From positions 70,494,001-70,558,000 of the forward strand of contig OX597822.1 of assembly GCA_951406725.2 (NCBI GenBank): DNA of 64,000 nucleotides, read 5' to 3'. The stretch comes from Octopus vulgaris. Its lineage: Eukaryota. Shown piece by piece: positions 55,001 through 64,000 of the stretch. The notes under the pieces were generated by a model. The model worked only from the letters and a program-made list of their open reading frames with translations. It searched no databases and was not told the DNA's origin. The stretch's first letter is position 1, and the number at the start of each line of letters is the position of its first letter. The translations under genes were made by a program, and so were the position numbers.

Positions 55001-57658
55001 TAATGTAATACGAAAGAATTGGTAATCATTGTAAATCTGGAAAAGCCCATGTGGATTAGAAATATTAATATTTATTATTCCTCCACTGCAGTAACAGTGA
55101 ATATATAGTGTTGGCGGTGTACATCGAATGATTGTATGGGCATTTATTATGCCAAAGTAAGACAATATTGTAAATTCCTATAAATACACATACTCTGCAA
55201 ATCACAAATGGGTGGTTCAAGGTTTAGTCTTTTAATATCGGAACAACTGATAGAAGAAGCCCTCAAATAACAAATCTATCATTAGAATAAGTCTGTTTCT
55301 CACTTTCTCTCAGTCATCCATTCTGTTAGTTTCCAGTTCTTTCAATTTATTCATACCAATGCTTGCTTGTTTAAGAATGTTATTATTCCACATTTCATTC
55401 CTTGCTGTATATTATACTTTACTAGATGATTCTGTCATGCTGCTGCTGTCAGCTGATGACCTTCCCTCGTTAAAGTTGATCAATTAAACTCAACCTTGAT
55501 TTTATCATTTCACCCCTGAAACCTTTTGGATCAGTAACTTGGCTTTCCCTTATGTTCTGCAACATTGGGACAGGAAATAAGTCTTAAAAGGATATTGTAT
55601 TGGAGGTAATTATCTGATTATAAACTGAATTATCTTCATTAAAACTTGTCTCATTAAGAGATTCATTAAAAGACCACTTGTTTCAATGTTGCCCATGATT
55701 CAAGTTTTGATCCCTATGTCAGGTGTACTTATGGAAAATGTTTAAAGAATTCCTCTTCTAGCAAAACTATCCATTTTAAGATATATTTCCTAACAGTACT
55801 ATGCTCAAGATTTATTTTCTCTTGACAGACATTCTTATCCATCATCTACACAACTATCTATAGAACAGAAAATTTGGAGTATCTATGGAGGAGAATGCTC
55901 ATTATAGCTTTTAATTTCTTTTTTAGTCCAGCGTTTACCAAAATATTATTCTGGTAGCTCATATCAGAAGTGATCAATTTGTGACATTTTAGTAAATGAA
56001 ATTGTTGGTAGATAAGTTGCTAAAATTGTAGAAATTACATAGAAATTACATCACTATAGCAAGCTAATATTATTTAAGGATGCTATTTTATTTTAGTTGT
56101 TACTGTCTGATTTTTCATTGTGTTCTTAATTATTAAATCAATAGATCACAGAGGTTAGACACTATTCCTCTCTCATGAATGGAATTCATTAAAAAAATAA
56201 CATAATTGGTTTTTGATATTTATTAAGAAAATCAGCTCTAAATCTCCTTGCATTATTCATGTATTATTACAAGATCATTCACATGTTTCTCTGAGCTGGC
56301 ATATGTTTTCTAGACCTATATATTGACCCTTTGACCTGACTCGTGTCACCTCCTTATTAACTGCCCACCTTTCAATCACCTCATTGTCATAATTTCATAT
56401 GTTTGTTTCTTCTGTCAGTCACAATCAATATCTCATAACTGAACTGATGTGACTTAATTTTTGTCATTTATTCTTATGAATTTAAACTCTCTAAAAGAGG
56501 CATGCCGTGGAAGAATGTTGGTGCACTAATCTGTGATACGAGATCAGTTCCCAATTGAGCCTTTCAATTTACTTCACTTACCATTTACACCTGAGACTTC
56601 CGCCTAACATCAGTGACTCGAAAACTGCAGTCTTAGTGGTGGCGACCCAACAAGCCATTATAGACATTAAGAATATTTTCGATACATTCTCTTTATGTGG
56701 CTCCTCATAGTTTGATGCCTTTAGTGATTCAGGTGATATAAATTTGATCTTCGTTGCAGGAAGAAGCCATCATTGTATGTTTCTATATGGTTCTTTCACT
56801 ATTTCTCACCTAATTGTTCACAACTGATTAAATAAACTATACTCAGAACTTAACACTAACATTACACCGGAACTTCTTGTAGCTTCTCCTGCAATCCCAG
56901 TACACTGCTGATTAATTACACCCCATCCCCACTACTTGACATATCATTATAAAATAATGATGTTAACGATCATAGTGGCAACAACAACAACAACAACGAT
57001 CCTTACAATTCTGCATTAGATTTCTGTATTTCTGAATTGATTTGTTAGTAGAGTAGTACATAGCCACTGGACCAATATTATTGTCTTTTTATTTCATTTA
57101 ATAAATACACCAAATTGGTATTGGTGTTTTCTATGACTTGCTGTCATATGTCATATTGTTATAACTATAATAATAAATCTGTCTGCATCTTTCTCTCTCT
57201 TTCATCATCATATACGTGTGTGTATGTGTGAAGACTGACAGAGAGGAGGAAAAATATTTATTACATGGGAATGAAGTGGGTGTAAGGAGTGAGGATGGGT
57301 GATATTCAGTCATTACCCAAGGGTTACATAAATGAAAAATTTCTAGCTGTTGATTGTGTTATGTCTTGCTAACTTCTCAAGCAACAATGTACATAAGTAT
57401 TTACACATAACTACATACACGAATGCATCTTTGATACAAAAGTAAGTGCTTAAGACATCTAGTTGTAATTTGTGAATGAAAGCAAGAGACAGAAAAAAGA
57501 AAAAAAAAGAAAAACTTGATAACTTCTCTCTTTCTCTGTGTTAGTTTATAGTTCCAAGCTGATTTAGTTTGGTTTTTAAGTCATCAACTCATTTTTGCAT
57601 TATTTCTGTCGGCCTGTTCTTCCAGTAAATGCAATATTCACATGTGGTTACACATCCT

Positions 57659-58128
57659 TTAACCCTTTCGGTACCAACCCAGCTGAAACCATCTCTGGCT
57701 CTGTAGTACAAATGTCTTGTTTGCAAAAGTTCTGAATTGAAATCTTCCAACTCTTGTTTACAATTTATGTTCCTAACACCAGCTGAATGGTAACTAAGTT
57801 ACCTTAATAAATTCTTTCTTATGTTCAAAATTAATTGAACGAAACACAGAGCATCTCAACAGAAATATGGTAACGAAAGGGTTAAAGTATATAATAGAGA
57901 AACAATTCTTAACACTTTTGATACTGACCTGCCTCTGGCTCTGTAGTGCAAATGCCTTGTTTTCAAAAGTTCTGAATTAAAATCTTCCACCAAACCTTAG
58001 TCACAATTTATGTTACTAACACTAGTTTAATGATAACTAAGTTATTTTACTAAATTCTTTGTTTTATTTAAAATTAATTGAAAGAAACACAAAGCATCTC
58101 AAAATAAATATGGCAACAAAAGGGTTAA
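57659..58128 (+). mobile_element. TTAA MITE family 1, head-to-tail dimer
   Basis: Two units joined by linker AGTATATAATAGAGAAACAATTC (57886-57908); TTAA at all four junctions. Confidence 0.9.
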
Positions 58129-58306
58129 ACAGTTGCCAAAGGAGTATGGGAATCTTGAGAATCTTTTGTACACCAGTGGCTTTGCATTTCTTTCTAGAAT
58201 TTAGCAAACAAATTTAAACTTTGTTCTGAAGAAGAGAATTACCAGCACTAAGTTACTAGTGAGCAAAGCATTGTTAATTATGGTATGAGAGTGAAACATT
58301 GTTAAT

Positions 58307-58660
58307 GAGCACTCAGAGAGTGCAAACCTCACCAAGGCAACATCAACGTCCTCTCAATGCTTAGCCAGAGATGATTTTAAAATGAGAATATCTGAAATAA
58401 ACTCGACTGCTCTCACAAACGAGAATATTAAAAATGAACCCCTACCACTCTCAAAAATTAAGTAAAATAACAGGAAAAATAATCCAGAATCCTTGTCAGA
58501 TACTGGATCGATTCCAAAATTTAATCAGCTTGTACTAGTCACAAGGTTAAACATCCCTGAAAGTTTCATCCAAATCCATTCAGCGGTTCTTGAGATATCT
58601 TGTCCATGGACAAATAAACACAACTGAAAGCAATACCTCCGACTTCACTAAGGCAGAGAT
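58307..58660 (+). mobile_element. Helitron/Helentron-type non-autonomous element
   Basis: GAGCACTCAGAGAGTGCAAACCTCACCAAGG 5' end; AAAGTTTCATCCAAATCC...GGTTCTTGAGATATCTTG core; degenerate 3' hairpin ACCTCCGAC...GGCAGAGAT. Confidence 0.55.
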
Positions 58661-60193
58661 ATTTATAGCAGGCTAGAAGTAAATACTTTGTACTCAATGC
58701 GAATGAAAGGTGCAGAAGATGTGCAGTGGAATGTTTCATAATCTGACAGAGAACTGGTATTTTATATTTTTGGAGCAGCTTCTCATACTGTTGTATGAGA
58801 AATCATCATCTGAATTCCTTTAAATATTCAGGTATAAATTGTTAAGCCTGTTACCTAAGTTATATAAGCTGCAGTTTGTGTAAGTGGAAAAGTAGTGGGA
58901 GAGAAAGAGATTGAAGCCATACAGCAATTTCTTGCAATGTATCTGAGCACATTCTATCAAACCCCCAAGTAATGTTAGGATCCATCAAGATACCTACATG
59001 AAACAGCGGTTTGGATTCAGTTATCTACACCATGCAACAATGCTTCATGCTTTATTATGACACATAGTCAGCAACTTAATGTTCAATGCACATATACAGC
59101 AACTCACACATACATATATATATATACACATAATTGAATTGTTATTGCTGTGTAATTTATTACAAAAATATATGTATATATCTTCATTAGTTTTGATATA
59201 TAGAAGCATTTTTTTTTTTTTACAATGGACATGTAATTAATTGAAAATAGTAATAATGATTATGATTGATTATAATTAATCTAAATGTCTATAATAATAT
59301 TTTCTCTGAATTTGACCAATGAAAATTGACTGCTTACATTATTCTTAGCCGCTTCTTTTCCTTCTTCTTTATTTTATGATTTTATTTCATAAGACTTCTG
59401 AACAAATGACACGTTATTATTACTATTATTATTATTATCATTATTATTATTAGAAGTAGTAGCAGTAGCAGTACTATCAATTGTAGTGATTGTGGTTGCA
59501 ATATTAGTTGCGTTATTGGTTTAAGTTGCCAATGTCTAGCAAGACAAGATATATAAAGAAAGAAGATAATATTGAAGTTGGATTTAATGAGCTGTTTAAC
59601 AAGAACATGTTCTCAGCCAAATAGTGCTATAACAGGAATTGTGTAAAATATTTTCTATAACTATTTTGAAATAAAACTACAGGTTCTTCAACTCTTACAG
59701 ACCATAATATCTTACATTTATCTATTTTATTTATCTATTTATTTGTTTATTCATTTGTTTATTATTTTCTAAAAATGTTGCTATTCCTGGCCATTCCTAT
59801 TAAAGCAAAAAATAAGAATTTACTGTTTTTTTTAATATCTTTTTTATATTTGATTATGTCTTTGTGTTTTTTGCAATAGTTTAATAATTTTGTTAGTGTA
59901 ATATTTCGACAAAGTTTCAGACCTCCCCACCCACATCTTCCCTTTTAACTGTTAAACGTTACTGCTGGAATTTTAGAAAATCTATTGGGGCTCCTTGTCT
60001 TGACATTGTGTGAAAGTTATAAATGAGTGTCACTGTCTTACAAGCAGTGTTGTTCATTGACAAAGTTCTGCAAAATCATTTTCTGGGCATGGGAAATATG
60101 CCCCTGCTTGGAAGCATGAAGGACATCAAGCCATGGAAAATTTGCCTCAGTAAAACTTCATGTGACCCATACAATCATAGGAAAGTGGACATA

Positions 60194-60341
60194 GGCATAG
60201 GAGTGGTTGTGTGAAAAGAAGCTTGCTTCCCAACCACATGGTTCTGGGTTCAGTCCTACTATAACCTCGGGCTGACCAAAGTCTTGTGAGTGGATTTGGT
60301 AGATAGAAACTGAAAGAATACATATATATACATACATACAT

Positions 60342-60387
<46 letters not shown>

Positions 60388-60843
60388 ATAAATAAATAAC
60401 ACAGGTATTATTCAAATCTTTATACTTCCGACATATGTTTCAAAGAAAACATTGGTATTATTCCAGAAGGAATAAAAGGATGTAAAACAATGCAATCTTC
60501 TCATCAAGGAAAAAAAGAGAAACAAAATACATCAATAAGACATTATAACCAAATGTGATTACTGGTACTCATGTGAACTTTTGCTTCCCTGGTAACTATT
60601 TAAAAAAAACGTTTTTCCTTGTTATTTGTAAACATTGAAAATATGCACATTCATTTATATATATATGTGTGTGTGTCAACCATCACTTGACAACCGATGC
60701 TGGTGTGTTTACATCCCCATAACTTAGCGGTTCGGCAAAAGAGACCAATAGAATAAGCACTAGGGTTACAAAGAATGAGTCCAGGGTGGGGGTCGATTTG
60801 TTTGGCTGCATTCAAATGACTGAAACAAGTAAAAGAAAAAAGA
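60194..60843 (+). mobile_element. SINE family A split by a ~270-bp insertion in its (TA)n tract
   Basis: Head 60194-60318, 3' module 60663-60843, unrelated sequence 60385-60656. Confidence 0.85.
60425..60512 (-). ncRNA. Type I hammerhead ribozyme motif (Penelope-type, palindromic stem III)
   Basis: Minus strand UUUCC-UUGAUGA-GAAGAUUGCAUUG...CAAUGUUUUCUUU-GAAA-CAUAUG-UC-GGAAG: 5-bp stem I, 11 of 13 pairs in stem II, GUC cleavage triplet, C3>U in core. Confidence 0.7.
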
Positions 60844-61333
60844 ATTTAAAGAATGATTTCTAAAGCTAACTCATGTCCTGGTTGCAGCCATCTGTCTTTT
60901 CAGTTCAATAAAAGTGCAGTGCAACTGTGTAAATCTAGCCCTGTTATTTGATCCTTATGTGTTTGTTGTCGCTTCTTCTAGGACATATCACTTAAACGGT
61001 GTCTCAAGAGAAAAAGAATTCCATTTAAATGATATAAATAAATCTTTTATTTAAAAAAAAAAAAAAAAATTCTGTCACTGTTGGAAAGATTTGAGTTGTG
61101 TTGAAATTTCTATGCTCTGTTGAAATTTTTACATGTTTGATTTTAATTCCCATCTTGCTGCTGCTCACTGGATATGTCCTTAGTAGGCTCTGCTTTGATA
61201 GCGAAAGTGAAACTGCCAATATATATAATAACTGTACTGTTGGATAATATAGCAACAAGAAGCTTCTATTATTTTTTTTTTAACGTTAAAGATCATGTTC
61301 TTAAAAAATTAAAACAAAATATTAGTGAACTTA

Positions 61334-61484
61334 AGGAGCAGTCTTAGCTGTGTGGTTAAGAAGCTTGCTTTCACCCACCTGGTTTGGGGTTCAGTTCCAC
61401 TCAGCATCACCTTGGGTGTATGTCTTCTATTAAAACCCAACCAATTCCTTGTTGATTTGGTAGACAGAAACTGTGCAGAAGCCC

Positions 61485-61525
<41 letters not shown>

Positions 61526-61747
61526 CTTTGTGTTTATTCTCCCACCACCAGCTTGACAACTGGTGTTGGTTTGTTTACATGCCCATGACTTAGCAGTTCA
61601 GCAAAAGAGCCTGATAGAATAAATACCACACTTCTAAAAAAAAAAAAAAAGCAAAAGCAAAAGTACTGGATTTGATTTGTTTGTCTAAACTCTTCAAGGC
61701 AGTGCTCCAGCATGGCCACAGTCCAATAGCTGAGGCAAGCAAAAGAA
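61334..61747 (+). mobile_element. SINE family A, diverged full-length
   Basis: Colinear with 779-1200. Confidence 0.85.
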
Positions 61748-63297
61748 GCTATGCAAACATGGCTTGAACATTGAAGAGAATAATGATGCCTGGTTTTGAT
61801 TAGTAAACCAGAAAGTGGTGAAGATGACTTCGTTCTTGTTATTTATTCACGCATTTATTATCTTGCCATGCAAAGGTATGAAGTAATTATTGAAATGTTC
61901 AAACTGTGTTATAGCTGCCATATCTCTCATTAGCTTCAAGTTTGTTCAATTTCCCCGTGATATCTTTGAAAATACGTTTGAAATATTTATTCATGTAAAA
62001 CATAAAACTTTGTGTAAAAAGAATTTATTCATCTAAGATATAACTTCAAACTTGCCGATGAAGTTACTCCTCTCAATATTAAATTTATGCACTTTAGAAA
62101 AGCTTATTTTTTTCCCTACCTCTTTCGGAAAACAATATCATAATGGTGTGAATATTTAATAACAGTGAACAGTATTTACTTTTAAAGTATCTCTGAAATT
62201 TAAAAAAAAAAGATAATCTAGAAAAGTTTCCTGTAACTGTACTCATTGACAGACTGGGTTGTTTTACTTAGTATTTTTTTCTTTTTTTTGGTCTTTGGTT
62301 ACTTGGCTTTTAAATGTACATTTATTATTTTGATTGTCTCGGAAAGAGCAACACAATAATACTGATCAGGATATAATTAACAAGTGTTAGTGATATGCCT
62401 ATGTTACTAAAAAGCAGTATGAGTCAACAGCAACAAATGTCCAATATCCTGTACATACAAAATAATAAAATATTTTTGAGAAATGAGTAGAAAATGATTA
62501 ATAGAGAAATCTAGTCATGTTTTCAATAATAGTAAAGTGCACATTTATAACAGATATGTTTTGAAAACTTTGCCAGATTAGATGTGTACATGATGTGAAA
62601 AATGTTAAGATTGATTCCACGCAGAAGTGTGAAAATAAAACAATGGCACATTTTCAGTTCAACTTTCATTCGTTCATTTATTTTATTTATTTTTCAGTAT
62701 CTAGTTTTTAGCAAAAGTTTTCATTGTGTTATTTAAACTTATGTTTGGTTTTCTCTGTAAAAATAGATTGGAAAAAGATAATAAAAGAAAAAAAAAAATG
62801 TCTTGATTAATAATATGGACCAAATATATATTAGTGCTGTTGTATGTAGCATGAATTATAACCACAAAACACACACACACATGTATTCCAGAGGGTGAGA
62901 AGTTCAAAAGAAACTATGTCCACCCCTTAGAATAAAGAACTCAAAGATAAGCCTGCGAGTGAATAAACATTTCATTCATAATTGTTAGTCCAAAATATAT
63001 TTTGTCAGCCTAAAACTTTATGTATATATATCTATGTGTGTGTGTGTGTGTATCTGAGATGGAACGAATGTGCTTTAATCACAAATCACAACAATTGTTT
63101 CTCTACATTAGTAACAGCTGTTAGTTGCTGAGTTTTCTGTATTATATTATTATGTAAATATGATCCAGTATTAAGCTGGATCATGTCTAGTAGCCAATAA
63201 CTGTAGAGGAGCTTTGAAATACATTTTATAAGGTTATTATCTAGACTACTAAATAAATATGTATGTATATATATATATTTCACACACACACACACAC

Positions 63298-63478
63298 AGA
63301 CAAAGGGATTAAGTCGACTACATCGACCCCAGTGCGTAACTGGTACTTAATTTATCGACCCCGAAAGGATGAAAGGCAAAGTCGACCTCGGCGGAATTTG
63401 AACTCGGAACGTAACGACAGACGAAATACGGCTACGAATCTCGCCTGGCGTGCTAACGTTTCTACCAGCTCGCCGCCT
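63298..63478 (-). mobile_element. SINE family B, young CpG-rich copy
   Basis: Reverse complement of 2798-2957 with most CpGs retained. Confidence 0.9.
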
Positions 63479-63493
63479 TTATATATATGTATG

Positions 63494-63521
<28 letters not shown>

Positions 63522-63525
<4 letters not shown>

Positions 63526-63843
63526 TAAAATATTGTGTACATTAGAACACATTAAGAGACTTCCAAATAGGAAAGCCTTGTGCTAGAAAGAGCAGTAAAA
63601 AACTCAAACCACTAATTATGGATAAATTCTCGAAAGGATTGAAAATTAAAAACGTTTACCATCTAATTTAGTTCCTAGACCATGGTCTTGGAACTAAATT
63701 AGATGGTAAATGTTTTAATTTTCACTCCTTTCGAGAATTTATCCATAATTAGTGGCTTGAGTTTTCTACTGCTCTTTTTAGCACAAGGCTTTCCTATTTG
63801 GAAGCCTCTTAATGTGTTCTAATGTACACAATATTTTTATGTG
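63522..63843. repeat. Spacer-free palindrome with ~160-bp arms (foldback element)
   Basis: Centre GACCA|TGGTC at 63682/63683; arms pair throughout with about seven substitutions and small homopolymer indels. Confidence 0.95.
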
Positions 63844-63944
63844 ATTAATATATAGTCTGTTGACTATTTTTTTTTGTGCTAGGCCACTGGTAATAATAAT
63901 TTCTATAACTCTTATTACCCTAATATTATTTATATATATATATA

Positions 63945-64000
63945 TCATCATCATCATCATCATTGTTTAATGTCCGCTTTCCATGCCAGCATGGGTTGGA
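63945..64000 (-). mobile_element. Retroposon family D 3' end, running off the window
   Basis: (ATC)n then TTTAATGTCCGCTTTCCATGCCAGCATGGGTTGGA. Confidence 0.8.

Noticed and set aside
189-63963. ORF-track proteins rich in HT, CV, YI, SL or poly-I/N/Y runs
   Set aside because: They are translations of (CA)n, (TA)n, (CT)n and (ATT)n microsatellites
63263-63963. Two opposite-strand ORFs with the identical C-terminus KILCTLEHIKRLPNRKALC
   Set aside because: A direct consequence of the DNA palindrome

Overview
This is AT-rich, CpG-poor eukaryotic non-coding DNA, dense in microsatellites. I recognise the SINE families from memory as octopus (coleoid cephalopod) repeats; no search was run. I found no host coding exon, tRNA gene, rRNA or CRISPR array that I can support, and the credible-looking entries in the ORF track trace to microsatellites or repeats. 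The window is a repeat mosaic: (1) at least four SINE or SINE-like families, three of them with tRNA-derived heads; (2) TTAA/piggyBac-type, Tc1/mariner-type, hAT-type and Helentron-type non-autonomous elements; (3) decayed non-LTR retrotransposon fragments (HERO-like restriction-like endonuclease, RTE C-terminus, Penelope GIY-YIG). The best leads are three minus-strand Penelope-type hammerhead ribozyme motifs (the best preserved inside a SINE microsatellite at 60425-60512), a TTAA MITE that recurs at three loci as a head-to-tail dimer with the same 23-bp linker, a spacer-free ~320-bp palindrome, and a minus-strand bias of all recognisable LINE/Penelope remnants that hints at a + strand host transcript. 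I cannot claim a new biological system from this sequence alone.
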